From assembly GCF_006345805.1 (NCBI RefSeq), contig NC_042998.1:47554001-47618000 (forward strand): 64,000 nucleotides of DNA. The letters are read 5' to 3'. The translations under genes were made by a program, and so were the position numbers. Under the pieces are notes generated by a model. The model made no database searches. It was not told where the DNA came from and saw nothing but the letters and a program-made list of their open reading frames with translations. This stretch comes from Octopus sinensis (lineage: Eukaryota). Positions 25,265 through 39,492 of this stretch are shown here, one piece after another; positions within the stretch are counted from its first letter, which is position 1; every line of letters starts with the position of its first letter.

Positions 25265-27643
25265 ACACCACTAACATCCTTCACAACAATTACAAAAATA
25301 TCACTTGCGTTAAAAACATTTACAGCTCTGTGCTGCTTTCGTACAGGGAGAAAACGGATTTACAGCATTTTATTAAATAAAGTTTTCTTAATAATATTTT
25401 TTAAATTGTTTGGTATATTTTCTGGAGGATTTTTAAGTTGATCAAATCTCTTTCTCACTCTCTCTCTCCCTCCCTCACTCTCTCTCACCCACATACACAC
25501 GTGTGTGTTTGTGTGCATGAACATACTGGCATGTTAAATGTATCTATGTATGTAGTGAAGGTGTTGTCTGCATGTCTTTGCACGAAGAATGCGTATGTGT
25601 TCGTAGGTCTGTGCAAATCTTAGTTTACAGTACAAATGTTAAATGTAGGTATGAATGCATGTAGATATCTATTTCCAGAAAGTATTTCGACAGCGGGTAA
25701 ATGTATAAATGTTGTTGTTTCTCCAGTCTGCTAATAGAGAAAAGAAATTCGATCAATTTTCTTTTTGTCCTTTTCAATTATTTTATTATTTTATTATTTT
25801 TTAATGGACATCCTGCTATCGTTAGTAATTTGGAAGTTTAGTTTTAAATAGTAAGAGCAAAGAAAAAGAAACATATAGGAAAGAAAACTTTTATGAGGTC
25901 GGTAAAAACAGTGAAAGTCCATTAAGTCGCAGAATGGAATTTTGTCGAGTTATTTGCAGAGAGATGGATAGCAATTGGTGGATTAATTCTGCGAAAAAAA
26001 AAAACAAAAAAAAAAAAAACAAAACACAGTGAGCGCAATAGAAAAAAGAATTAGAATAAAAAATTAAATAATATTGATGATGAGAAAATACGATGCATAT
26101 TAAATTTAGCAGACGGAATATCTGTAACCATACATTCTTGTATATTCAACATTTTAGAAAAGGCAGCTGCCCGAGACGATTAAGTATTGACCTTTTGTTT
26201 GAAAGTTCGAGTCTTCATATGTATGCAAGACAAATTAGTCTCACTGGTTAGGTCCACTTAACTATTATCAGTATTAACAGTTAGCATGATTCCTCGTTTT
26301 AAGAACTTTGTATAAATAACGTGTTTTGTTACTTTACGTTATTGAACTAAAATCTTGAGAGAAGTCTGTATACTGCAGCAAAAAGAAAAATAATAACTCT
26401 TACTTTTAGTTTCATATTAAAATCCTCAATCGGCTTTTTAACTATTGAAGATTTTGAGACGAATGTAAAACCTTGTCACCCACCACTGTTTGACAACCGG
26501 TATTGGTGTGTTTACGGCCTCATACCTAAACAGTTCGGTAAAAGAAACCAAGAGAATAAGTACCAGGCTTTAAAAATAAAAGTACTAGGGAGATTCGTTT
26601 GACTAGAATTTTCATGCCATGCGCGCAGTCTAATGACTGAAACAAGTAAGAGATAAAAGAAAAATTATATTCAAAATGAATTGAAGATTCTTACCAATGG
26701 AAGGGAGGCACATTTGTAAAAAGATGATGAAATCTGAACTGACTGAATACAAGGAAACAAAAACGCTTAGTAAAAAAAAGAGGGACATAGAACATTGATA
26801 TTCCTTGACTGGATGGAGCCAATGAAAAATATCCATATAAAAAGATAAAGAGTACATTGAATCGATATTAATATATCACTGGTACTTATTCTGCTACCAT
26901 CAAGTGAACGAGAGGTAAGGACGACCTCGTATGAATTATGTTTTGGAATGAGGTTAAAAGGAGAGCATAAACCGGACGACATTTTCGCTTATATTTAGAT
27001 TCATCAGTTTACATTCTGCGGGTAAATCCTAACGATAACTAATTTGGGGACTTTATCGTTATTATCTCGCATCACATGTCCTGACTGAATATAAACATCG
27101 TTCTTATTTCGCATTTCTAAATAGAACTGCATGCAAAAGATATAAAAACTGTTTTGCGAAGTACTTTTAATGGCTTATGATCTTTGTACAGGATTCAAAT
27201 TATAATTTCTAATCAAATTATAACTTGCGGAAGATTAATTTGGATACTGTGACGTTTAATAATCATAACCCACTAAAAATACTTCGCAAATGCGGTTTTT
27301 ATTTTATTTTCTAAGAAAAAAAATTGAAACCTTGATACTTTTTTTCTTATTATATATTTTATAATAATCTTTTATTCGTTCGTCTTGTTTTATTTTGATA
27401 TACTGTGCAATAACAAAGTGAAATTAATGTTTTATGAGTTGCTCTGACATCTGATGCGGAATAATAACGATAAAGCGCTAGACATCATAAATAATAGCGG
27501 CGAAGCTATATTCGTCATTTAAGGAAGAACAAATAGCGTTCAAGTACTGTACTAGGAGCGATTTAATCTTCTACACTCCCGCTTCTCAAAAAAGGTTTGG
27601 CCTTATACATATGATACAAATTGATTTTATTTATCCCATAATT

Positions 27644-28030
27644 TTATTAACTCCGCTTCGCTAAGGCGGAGGTATTGTTTTCAGTTGTGTTTGTTTGTTT
27701 GTTTGTTTGTTTGTTTGTCCGTGGACAAGATATCTCAAAAACCGCTGGATGGATTCGGATGAAACTTTAGGGATGTTTGCCTTCGTGATTGGCACGAACT
27801 GATTAGATTTGGGGATTGATCCGGTACCGGATAAGGATTCTGGATGATATTTCCGTTATTTTTTTTTTTACTTAATTTTTGGGAGCGGTTGGATTCATTT
27901 TCGTATTCTCGTTTGTGAGAGCAGTCGAGTTTATTTCAGATATTGTCATTTTAAAAATCATCTCCGGCTAATCGTTGAAAGGACGTTGGTGTTGCCTTGG
28001 CGGAGGTTTGCACTCTTTGAGTGCTCTTAT
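27644..28030 (+). mobile_element. HINE/DINE-1-like Helentron-associated element
   Basis: TTATTAACTCCGC..TAAGGCGGAGGTATTGTTTTC, then (TTTG)n, then ...CCTTGGCGGAGGTTTGCACTCT..GAGTGCT; typical HINE layout. Confidence 0.7.
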
Positions 28031-28479
28031 TTTTATTGCGTCCTATCACTACATTAGCGGCGTAGCTTTGTATCGGGTTTGTGTGAATTACTTTGGGGTT
28101 TTTTTTATTTTCCAACGATAACAAATCTACTTATTCTCAGTATGTTATGCCAGATTTGAAAGTGAATATCTCATCGATGTTGTTTTTCATCATCGGAGAA
28201 AATCTCCTCTCTTTTGACAATGTGCATTTATAACATGCAATTCGCTGTCTTAAATGGTCTTTGAAACACCGTGATGTTTCGACGTTATTGTGTGTCTCTT
28301 AATTCAAAGCTACCCCGGCCCAATGGACCTAACAAGATTACAGGCTTTTTTTTCATAGAAACTAACAAACAAACGATTTACTAATGTGTGCTAATGACTG
28401 CCACTATATATTATACACTCTAGGTAACAATTTTTTTCAACTCTCTTTGGCCACTCTAAACATTTCTAGAGGTGTAAAT

Positions 28480-28800
28480 GGGCACACCTTCGACAGACAT
28501 GATCCACACACTTAATTCTCAAACGCTTAAGGTTACTATAGAGACCAAACTAGGCATAACACTTTATTTAAGTGCAGGTTCATACAGGCTCCACTGCAAA
28601 CCAAACACAAGGCTGTCGTACATCTGCATGCCTTCCTGTCACCCGCCTATAGCGTTTAAACATCTTGTTAAAAGTATCGGAGCGTCTCAGACGTATCCTC
28701 CAATAAAGATGCTTTTGATACGGCTGTCTCTCTAATATAGCGACGCCTTGGCAGCCAGCGGGTTTGAAAACTACCCCAGCAGCAACAAGAAAAAGCACCG
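28480..28800 (+). mobile_element. Penelope-like element, RT thumb fragment
   Basis: HCKPNTRLSYICMPSCHPP...SSNKDAFDTAV..YSDALAASGF matches the PLE KPN..YI..S.HPP..SS..F..A..Y..AL..SG motif. Confidence 0.7.
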
Positions 28801-30237
28801 CCACAGTGTCAACTAGATTGCGTCTTCACCTTTCTTACATAAGAGGAAAACCTGCGTGAATATTTTTCAAAATTTGGATGGCTCAAACTTTTTAATTCCT
28901 TTGCAAATAAGTAAAAAGAAAAAGTCGAGCACTATTTTTTGTTGCTCGTAGCTTGTGTTAAACTAACATTTGTTTGTGGAACATGTCTCTAAAACCGGTA
29001 AAAGTCTGGTTTTTGCAGAAAAAGACACAAGATCAAAAGAACAATGTGAACAAAATTACTGAAGAAAGTATGTGCATTGAAAAAAAAGTACTGAAAATTC
29101 CAATTTATTTTGCTTTCAGTATAAATACTAAGAGGTTAGCGAAATTTGTGATTCTTTGGCAGCAACATTGCACAAGCGCAAAACGTTTTAGCTTTACACT
29201 TACTTGCAGTGACAAACAAATCATGATTATAAATAAAGTCCTTCAGAAGACTCTACTTGGCAAACATTTGTGACAAAAACAAATGCATTTCTATAGGCTA
29301 TTTTTATTCAAGAAAGTGAATAAAAGAAAGTTGACTATTTAAGCATCAATAAAACCGAATTGATAGTCTAAATGCTCTCGGGGAACAATTATGGGCTAGC
29401 TGATATGTAGAACGATACCTCATACAGATCGAGGCAAGAGCTACGGAACAGTGACTCTTGTTTATTCAAGAGAGGATGAAGTGAATAATCAGACTGAGTT
29501 GGTACGTCACACATTTAGATATCTGAAATACAAGGATGTAAGTCAAACATGGGTCGATTCTTGGTTTGTCGTCACCTTTCTAGCACAATATGTGTATCAA
29601 TGATACACAGATAATGTGTATCAATGCGGCCAGGAATGAACTGCAACGAGTGAGTTCTCAATAAATATACAATAAATATACAAATTCTAGTGATCCTCGA
29701 AAATTAAAGAACATACCGGAGAGCTGTGAAAGCCCTCACTTGTTTTTTAAAGACAGATGTCATCTTTTCCTCACTTTACTGGTTAAGTTCATTGAATAAC
29801 AAGACACTCTCGTATGTGAAGTATCTCCTCTACGATTTCTCTTTTATCTAGATCTAACTGATATTATTTTTGTTGGTGGTACTTTTATTAATATCAATTA
29901 TGTTTGTTTTTGATCGTTAAACTGAAACTCTATATTTACAAGTGTTTGCTTCCTTCATTCTAATCCTTTATTTTAAATCTATCATTGTTAAAAAAACAAC
30001 TTTGATTTCGTCTTTTCGAGCACTTTGGAAGTGTACTCTCTGCCACCATCTATGTAGCTATTAACCGTTCCCCTCCATCAGAGATGACTGTATTGAACCA
30101 CAAATAAACCAAGATGCGTAGTTGCAAAACTATTTGTATTCACTAAATATATCCAAGACTGACTCTTCCTTTATATACCTCGAGGCAAATGTACAGATCT
30201 GCATATATATATAGGAACACAGATAAGCTCGCTAACA

Positions 30238-30341
<104 letters not shown>

Positions 30342-30739
30342 CAGTTTGTTTATGCGATACGTACGTATGTATGTATGTATGTATTATGTATGTATGTATG
30401 TATGTGTGTAGCACATGAAACGCACACAATGAAAACATGCAACAACCGAAGCAAAACAAAAAACGAAACAAACTGAAAATTATCCTCATCGGCTGTCCAC
30501 CGTGCCGCATTGCGATTTCGATGTTTTGAATAGGATCGTTACCGCTTAGAATGGCAACTTCTGTTACCATCATCCAAAAACTATCCCACAGGTCGAACTA
30601 AAATCACCGAAAATGTAAAAAGGACCAGTCAAAATCAACAAAAGACACTAAAGCTACTAAATGGAAGTCCTACTTTAAAACTAGAAGGAAGTTTCAAAAC
30701 AGAATCATTTTTTACTCCTTTATTCTAAAACCTCTATCT

Positions 30740-32325
30740 TGTCTCGCATTTCAAGGAAAGGTTCATACACATCAACGAGAAAGGATATATTCAGCGTTAG
30801 CATGGCTAAAAAATTTACGCGGATGCAACCGAAAGAAATCATAGAGTTAAATAAAACGACAATTATGGAATTTTTCACTGCTAATCGATTAGAGGCCAAG
30901 ATTGATAAGCTGACTGAGAAGAACGTAGTTATGAAACTTGAAATAATGGAATTTAAAAATTACGTATTTTGAGAAATAATATGATGAAATAAATCCTGGT
31001 GATTTCGTAAATGCGCGACATTCAGAAAGTGTCATTGACACCACGTTTTATGACTTTCCATTTATTGAGGAGACCTCGTGCTCAATTAAATTCGAAAATT
31101 CACTGTAAATTATAAGTTTTAACGTAAAATCTTTGTAAAAAAATGTTGTTGAGTTGAAAATATTATCGGATTTTCCTTTTAAATGTTGTTATTTGCCTAC
31201 AAGAAGATTGGGCAAAAGACGAAAAAGAACAGGATTTAGATTCAAATTATACATTGCCTAGTTATAAATGTCTTCATGTACCTCGAAGACTCAATATGAA
31301 AGGTCGGAGCATCTATATTTATTTAATGAGGGATTTGGACGGTTGTGAAATAGAAGAACTACAAAGTACTAGTGTAGACCTTGAAGTTCAATTTCTTGAA
31401 GTAATAAGAGACCCCCAAAATATCTTACTTGGAAACATACATCGGCCACAAAAATGGAAAATGGAGGTTTTAACTGAAATACAAGTTCGTCACTGCTATT
31501 AAGCAGAAGCCAATATTTATTTCTGGTGACACTAATCTCAACTTATTTGCATACGAAACAGATCCAAAGGTTAGAAGCCTCTTCCAAAAAATTCGTGAAA
31601 GTTATTTTATGCCTTCCATCACTAATGCCACGCGTGTAACAAACCAAAAATCACTTGCATTGACAACATATTCTATAATTTAGGTTATAATCAGAATATT
31701 AAATCTGACATAGTATGAGCAAAAATCAGTGATCACTGTCCTCCTCTTAGTAAGGAATATTCAGTACAGCCCCAAAAAATTATCGAAGAAAATAATGGTT
31801 AAAAAGAGGACATTCACGCGAGAAAAATTTAATCTTTTCAACAACAAACTCAAAGAATGCAATTGAACGTCTGTTGTTAACACATGTGACTCAAACAGAG
31901 CTTATGGATATTTTTTACCTAATTTCGAACGTCATTATAATGAGTATTTTCCTAAAAATGAGAAAATGGTGAAAGAAAAGTCTATTTAGAACAAATAGGT
32001 GACAACTGGAATTTTTCGCAGTTTTAAACGAAAACAAAGGTTGTATTTAAAATACATGAAAAATAAAACTTCCGAGAATGAAGAAAGGTATAAAAAAATT
32101 ACGCAAAAATTTTTAACACATTAAAAGTGAAAGCTAATTATTTTTTTAACCAAATCGAAAAACATAAATCAGATGTTTAAAAGATGTGGTCAACTGTGGG
32201 AAGAATAATTTCTAGAAACAAGCTTGTTAATAACTATCCAAGTTGCATTCTAATAAATGGCGAAAAGGTATACAACAAGTTGATGGCTAAATGTTTTACC
32301 TAAGTTGGTCCAAATATTGCTTGTA
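30740..32325 (+). mobile_element. Decayed CR1/L2-group LINE (APE endonuclease and linker)
   Basis: SFNVKSL, VICLQEDW, NILLGNIHRP, ISGDTNLNL, SITNATRVT, CIDNIF, SDHCP, then the linker ...KRKQRLYLKY...KMWSTVGRII...VGPNIA. Cut off at about 32325. Confidence 0.8.
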
Positions 32326-32329
32326 CAGT

Positions 32330-32986
32330 GCTTTATCTTTGCAATCTTTCATCATACACAAGCCTGAGCTTCTTACTTCTAATAATAGCGGTCCTGTGGC
32401 AATTTTACATACCATGCTATGTTGTTTTCTTCTGTTCTAATGCTGTGTTCGCATCAAATAAGTCCTCTTCCCCCTATTTTTCTTGGTACATACAGTCTGT
32501 CTGTGTCACTTTTGGGGTGAAGTGTCCCATATCTAGTCAGTAACTTCCTTGTCTTTCTGTCTAAGCTGTTTAGTTCGTCTACTGTCCATGCGATTACCCC
32601 TTCTCCTTATCTAAGGTGTGAAACAGCCCAGGTATTGATAGCTTCAATGTATTCCGTCCCACAGCTATTCGTGCATGACACTCATTAAATCTTTTGATCC
32701 AGTCGCCTTGAACTCCATCTGGTCCCGGGGCCTTCCAATTGCTCATTTTTTTGCTGATTTCCTTCACTTCCCTAACTGAAATGACTAGTTCTGCCGGTTT
32801 GTTTAAGTTCTTGCAACCATTCAGCATCCTTCTTGTACTCCTTGACTTTGCTCCAGATGTCACTCCACAACCTTTGACTTTCATTGTTATCTGGTATCAA
32901 GTTTTCATCTGTACACTCTCCATTTATTTCTTTATAGAATATTTTCTGATCTACTCTGAATAACCTATTCTGGTGGTAACCCTTCA
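32330..32986 (-). mobile_element. Dong/R4 LINE fragment with an internal deletion of the RT core
   Basis: KGYHQNRLFRVDQKIFY...NWKAPGPDGVQG joined to KLLTRYGTLHPKSDTDRLYVPRKIGGRGL..ENNIAWYV. The 5' junction abuts (TAA)n at 32987-33125. Confidence 0.85.
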
Positions 32987-32995
32987 TTATTATTA

Positions 32996-33113
<118 letters not shown>

Positions 33114-33129
33114 TATTATTATTATAGTT

Positions 33130-33336
33130 AGCATACCGGGCGAAATGCTTAGCGGTATTTCGTCTGTTGCTACGTTCTGAGTTCAAATTCCGCTGAGGTC
33201 GACTTTGCCTTTCATCATTTCAGGGTGGGTAAATTAAGTACCAGTTACGAACTGGGATCGATGTAGTCGGCTTACTCGCCTCCCCGCAAATTTCAGGCCT
33301 CGTGCCTATAATAGAAATTATTATTATTATTATTAT

Positions 33337-33392
<56 letters not shown>

Positions 33393-33602
33393 AGACGGTG
33401 AACTGGCAGAATCGTTATTACGCCGAGCAAAATGCTTAGCGGCATTTCGTCCGTTATGTTCTGAGTTCAAATTCCGCCGAGGTCAACTTTGTCTTTCATG
33501 CTTTCGGAGTCGATAAATTAAGTACCAGTGAGTCACTGGGGGCGATGTAATCGACTAGTTTCCTCCCCTCAAATTTGAGGCCTTGTGCCTAGAGTAGAAA
33601 GG
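33130..33602 (+). mobile_element. Two SINE family B copies (33130-33318 and 33394-33602) separated by (TTA)/(GTA)n
   Basis: Both carry the A-box-like head, the GAGTTCAAATTCC B box and the family body. Confidence 0.85.
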
Positions 33603-33624
33603 GCTATTGCTGTTGTTGCTGTTG

Positions 33625-33672
<48 letters not shown>

Positions 33673-34300
33673 TTCACTCTCATATTCCTCGTTTTTGGAA
33701 TTCACTGGGACACCGAAGTAGATCTTCAGCAATGGATGCCATATGTCTTAGAATTCTGATCTAATTACATCACTATGTCACTGAAATCTATCCTTGTCAC
33801 ATTCAAGCAAGCGCCAAGATGGCATTCCTGTGGGTGAACCAGTTGTCCTCGTAACGCTATAGAATTATGACTGTCTACTTAGAATGTTATACCATACATT
33901 TTCGAGAACAAATTATGCGTGTGTATGTGAGCAATGAGACGGTGTATTTGTGTGGCAAATATGTACGGATGTTTACTTAAAGTTTTTCCAAATGTTTATA
34001 TGCATGTATAAAGATTTGCACGTATATGTCTATGTATATATATTCAGGTATAAGTGTAGAGGAATGTGTGTGTTTGTGTGTATGTATGTATGTGTATCAG
34101 GTGCGTATGTGTGTGTGCAAACGTAGATCTGTATGCGTGACTTTGTGTGCTTAAAAACTCAAAAATAAAACAGAAGTGTGCCATTAGTATCTGACACTTT
34201 CATGTGAAGTAAGGAAAATACATTAAGATGCAATGCAATAAGAACAAAAATAAATAATGATGACATTGATGACGATGACGACGACGACGATGACGACGAC

Positions 34301-34342
<42 letters not shown>

Positions 34343-34393
34343 ACTAATAATAATAATAATGATGATGATGATGATGATGATGATGATAATAAA

Positions 34394-34433
<40 letters not shown>

Positions 34434-34478
34434 GCAATAATCACAATAACATCAACAACAACAATAATAATAATGATG

Positions 34479-34539
<61 letters not shown>

Positions 34540-34575
34540 TAATAATAATAATAATAATAATAATAATTTCAAGTT

Positions 34576-34801
34576 TTGGTACAAGGCCAGCAATTTCGGG
34601 AGAGGAGGTAGGTCGTTTAAATTGACCCCCCCCCAAACCTCTCTCTCACACACACACCTGCTCAACTGGCACTTATTTTATAGATCCCCTAAAAGATGAA
34701 AGGCAAAGTCGACTGCGGCTGAATTTGAACGCAGAGAGTAAAGACGGACGAAATGCAGCTAAGCATTTTGTCCGACGCAGTAGCGATTCTGCCCGCTCAC
34801 C
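34576..34801 (-). mobile_element. SINE family B
   Basis: Reverse complement of the family B head and body, between trinucleotide arrays. Confidence 0.75.
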
Positions 34802-34993
34802 ATAATAATAATAATAATAATACTTTCTAATTTTGGTACAAGGCCAGCAAACTTATGAGGGAGACCAATTCATTTACATCACTCTAGCACTTGTCTGGTT
34901 TGGTATTTTATTTTATCCATGCCTAAAGGAGGAAAAGCAAATAAAAACAATAATTGTGTGAAATGTTGGTACAAGATAATAATAATAATAATA

Positions 34994-35056
<63 letters not shown>

Positions 35057-35079
35057 TAATAATAATAATAATAATAATA

Positions 35080-35636
35080 CATGCCCTGATGCAGTACCAG
35101 GCAGTGGCTCTCATGGCTTCTGATCTTAACTGATTGGAAGTGTTATCATGAACACTGTTTTGTCTTGGTATAAAAGATGGGCGACAGCAAATATTCTGCT
35201 CAATACCACAGATTTGCTTGTCAGTTGTTTAACCTTAACCAGTTGAGCATTTCCCTTAGTGGCTGACGATATGAGCATCTCTGATCATGAGCAGAAGTAG
35301 TGGGGGAGCATCATAGCCATGTGTTGAGAGGGATTCTTTGGGGTTTGAATAATTCACCTTTGGAAACATGGGTGTTTCATTCAACATCCTTAAACAACCC
35401 TTATTCAGGGACCTTTTGAGCGGGATGCGTTACTCGACCAGAAGAAAATTCTAACTGGGCCCCACCTGCAAGGTCACGTGCTGTTTATCTTGATATGAGA
35501 TCACCATGTTGCGCACATATGGTTGTGATGCATGTGCCTGGTGTACCCTTATCAGACGGGTAGTCATGATGGGTATATTGGGCTTAATATATTTTACCCC
35601 AGTGTCACTTTGATGGCATGCACTGCTCTCTCACTC
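35080..35636. mobile_element. Non-coding interspersed element of about 557 bp bounded by (TAA)n on both sides, unclassified
   Basis: Complex, GC-richer sequence with sharp boundaries into TAA arrays. No tRNA head, TIR or ORF found. Recalled from memory as a common octopus repeat; not searched. Confidence 0.55.
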
Positions 35637-35651
35637 AATAATAATAATAAA

Positions 35652-36815
35652 TTTCAAATAGAGCAAGTTCCAGAGTTAGATGAACTGGGAACAAGCAAAG
35701 AAAAAGCTAAAAGTATGAAAACCCTTGCAAAAATTCTGCCTTAAATATTCTCACTGATGGATGGCAAGAAAAACCTCTCCATAGCAAATACCCATAGAGA
35801 GCTAACAACGCTGATGTTGACAAAGTTCTTGCCCAGAAATGGTTGGCATCTTAATTAAAATCAGACAGAATGGTTTATCATAGCAGCCTAGGATCGATGC
35901 CTACCTATAAGAAGCTATCATGCCAACACCTTAAAGAACAGCTGTAGCCCAAAATGTCATGTAATGTAAACACTCCATGTGCCGCCTTCTTGCACCTTTA
36001 GTATTTGAACACGCATAATAGAGCGGTACAATATATTCAGTGGGTAATTTGCGATGATCTGGACCTGCTCCATGATAAAACTCTTGGGAACACAAACCAC
36101 CTCCACTGCTTGAAAATGGTCATATTTCATTTCTATGGAAATTTTCAGTTTAAACTGAGAAAAATATAGTTGCAAATAGGCCAGACATTATATTGAAGGG
36201 TTTCAGACAAAAATCATGCCTCCTCATCGATATGACTGTCCCAATCGACATAAATATGTATTTTTTAAGACCTACCAAAGACTGAGCGAGTATAAAGATC
36301 TTCAAAGAAATTGGCAGAATGAGGAAACTCAAAACTAGAACGATACCTGTTGTCATTAGAGCCCTAGGAATAATAGCAAAAGGGGTTGTCTGTTATTTAT
36401 GTCAGATTCCAGATTCTAAAAGTGGAAGATTCCAGATTCTAAAAATGCAAGAAATTCAAAAAGTAGTGCTCATAGGGACTGCTTACATCCTATGAAAACT
36501 ATTGTCTATGTAATTCCAACATCATTTTAATCTGAAGACAAATTATCAAAAGTACTTTTAAATGTCATCTTAAGATCACACTATCATCTTATATCCAAAC
36601 TGCTTTTAACACAACTTTTGATTTTTCTTATGTTTTGACACACATTCTCTAAAACGATACTTTGTACAAATCTAAAAATATGGCAGTTATCAACGACCCT
36701 AGTCATAATACCGTCTTGAAATTCTAACTTGTCTCTTGAGGTCTCTGGATGAGACTTGGATAGTAAACTTTTAAAGAAACACAAAGCAAAACCAAAATCA
36801 AAATCCAAGCATTTG
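35652..36815 (+). mobile_element. Dong/R4 LINE, 5'-truncated 3' portion with probable 3' UTR
   Basis: WQEKPLHSKYP, FIIAA*DRCL, HNRAVQYIQWVIC, ANRPDIILK..CLLIDMTVPID, YKDL..EIGRM..KTRTIPVVIRALG. (TAA)n on both sides. Confidence 0.85.
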
Positions 36816-36857
<42 letters not shown>

Positions 36858-36880
36858 TAATAATAATAATAATAATAATA

Positions 36881-36939
<59 letters not shown>

Positions 36940-37032
36940 AACAACAGCAACAACAATAACAACAGCAACAACAACAATAAGACAGCACATTGAGAGTAAG
37001 AGTAAAATCAGCAACAGTTAGAAATAATAAAT

Positions 37033-37428
37033 ACTAGCAGTAATGCCCGGCGTTGCTCGGATTTGTTTCGACCCTTTAGAATTAGAATTTTTGAAGAGTA
37101 AAAATTTTGCATTATGTAGCTTGTTATTCTCTTTAAGGGAACATTTTTCTGGTTGACATACACCGAAAAATGGCGACACAGCAGTCAAAAAATCGTAAAA
37201 AATATGGATTTTCATAGAAAAAAAAAGCACCTTTTTAATGTAAATAATTTTTGATGTTAACATGGTCTAATTTGAATTTTTTCTTCTTCGGAATAAAGAG
37301 CAAGCCTTCTTCTATCATACTCTCAATTTTGGTCAACTTGCGCCGCAGGGTCTCGGAGGAGATAGTGTTAGTTGAAGGCTACCAAACCTGCCATACACAG
37401 ACAACTTCAGCTTTATATAGAGAGAGAT
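37033..37428 (+). mobile_element. HINE-like Helentron-associated element
   Basis: Starts TACTAGCAGTAATGCCCGGCGTTGCTCGG and ends CTTTATATAGAGAGAGAT. Confidence 0.65.
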
Positions 37429-37971
37429 TACAAAGACCAGCAGCAACATGAAGAGATACTTAGTAGCAATGGCAGCTGTTGCATCATGATCATTGTTATC
37501 AGCTTCAGCAGCAGCAGCAGCAACACCACCGCCACCACCACGTGCAGCAGTAGCAGTTTATTAGAATGTATATCTCTGTATGTATTCTAATAAACATGTA
37601 TGTCTGTTTACATGTTTGTAATTTTATAATAGCATCGACATACATGCTTACGTACGTACACACATGCATATACAACTCCTACGTTAATGTTGTCTAAATT
37701 TCGATGAAAGAGCCTTGTTTCTGGGTAACAAACTGGCTCTTTCTTTATTGGAGAGAAATTAGAAAATAAAATTTACAATAGAAGAACAAAGCAGAGATCT
37801 AAATGTGTGTTCGATGCTATTATAAAATTATAAAGAATGTCAGCAGCTATAAAAGTATTGTAATGCCAGGCGTTGATTATTAAAGAAGTAAGTCAGTGTC
37901 AGCTGTAGTTTGGCTGTAGCTAAAGCTGAATATACATTGTCACTATTAATTATAAAACTCATACACACACA

Positions 37972-38032
<61 letters not shown>

Positions 38033-38098
38033 GCACACAAACACACATATATATATATATGCTCGCACGCACGCTCCCACACGCTCTCTATACATATA

Positions 38099-38515
38099 TA
38101 TTTCTTTACTGCCCACAAAGAGCTAAACATAGAGGGGACAAACAAGGACAGATAAACGGATTAAGTCGATCACATCGACCCCAGTGCGAAACTGGTACTT
38201 TATTTATCGACCCCGAAAGGATGAAAGGTAAAGTCGACCTCGGCGGAATTTAAACTCAGAACGTAACGACAGACGAAATACCTATTTCTTTACTACCCAC
38301 AAGGGGCTAAACACAGAGAGGACAAACAAGGACAGACAAACGGATTAAGTCGATTATATCGACCCCAGTGTGTGACTGGTACTTAATTTATCGACCCCGA
38401 AAGGAAGAAAGGCAAAGTTGACCTCGGCGGAATTTGAACTCAGAACGCAGTGGCGGACGAAATACCACAAAGCATTTCGTCCGACGTGCTAACCGTTCTG
38501 CCAGCTCGCCGCCCT
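38099..38515 (-). mobile_element. SINE family B tandem dimer
   Basis: One complete unit followed by a second unit lacking its first approximately 45 nt; unit offset about 203 bp. Confidence 0.88.
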
Positions 38516-38619
38516 ACTCTCTATACATATATACGTATGCTTGCGTGTATGTTGCTTGATTAAAATATGACTTTTAATGTTGGACATTTTATTACTCTAG
38601 TAATTTTGTTTTTTTGTGA

Positions 38620-39170
38620 TTTAGGCGGGGCGCAATGACAGCAATTTTCAAGGATGAAGCGAAGTGATAAAATCGATTCCATTACTTGATTAGTACTTTA
38701 TTTTTACCGACCTCGAAAGAATGAGAGGCAAATTTGACCACAACGAGATTTGAACAAATGTCGCAATAATTTTTTTTCGCTGGCACCATTACGAATTTCT
38801 CAATCTACTGCTCTAATACTTGTTTCTAAAATTGATTTCAAATTTTGGGGCACAAAGGCCAACACTTTCGTTAAGTCGATCACATCAACCACCATGCTTG
38901 ATATTTATTGCATCGACTCTGAATGAATAAAAGGCAAAGTTGACCACAGAGGAATTTAAATTCAGACCGTAAAGGGAGAGGAAATGCCGCGAAGCATTTT
39001 GCCCGGCATGCTTACCATTCTGGCAACTCACCGCCTTGTTTCAAATATTGGCTCAGAATCTGAAATTGGCAAGAGGGAAATAATCGAACATATGGGTTCA
39101 CTACTTCAATGGTACATATTTTTAACTTCGAACGAATAAAAAGCAAGGTTGATTTTGGCGGGATTTGTAC
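38620..39170 (-). mobile_element. Three degenerate SINE family B copies
   Basis: Repeated AAAGGCAAA(G/T)TTGACC..GGAATTT..GCATTTT motifs. Confidence 0.55.
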
Positions 39171-39199
39171 TTCAATAAAAGATCATGGCAGCGTTCTTG

Positions 39200-39492
39200 T
39201 AAGCTGTTTCAAGCGTGACAAGTGTTTCGGGCCGTCATTTTCCCCAGTAGAAAGCAGAATTTCACGGAAGCACGCTGTTCTTTCGTTTTAGCCATCGCAA
39301 AAATTGACGAACAGGGAAGAAGCACTGCAAAACAAAGACGCACCACATGGCAGTACCACTTCACTCGACGACACCGGTCACCAGAACGATGCCTGAGGGT
39401 TGCATCAAGTGGCATCTAGCGATGTAAGTCTGATCTACAACGGGCTTGTCCCACAGAGAACGTTTCCAGTTACTTTTGGTTACCTCCTCGTA
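39200..39492 (-). mobile_element. mariner 5' fragment
   Basis: TIR start TACGAGG at 39492 on the minus strand and the N-terminal EQRASVKFCFLLGK motif. Confidence 0.75.
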
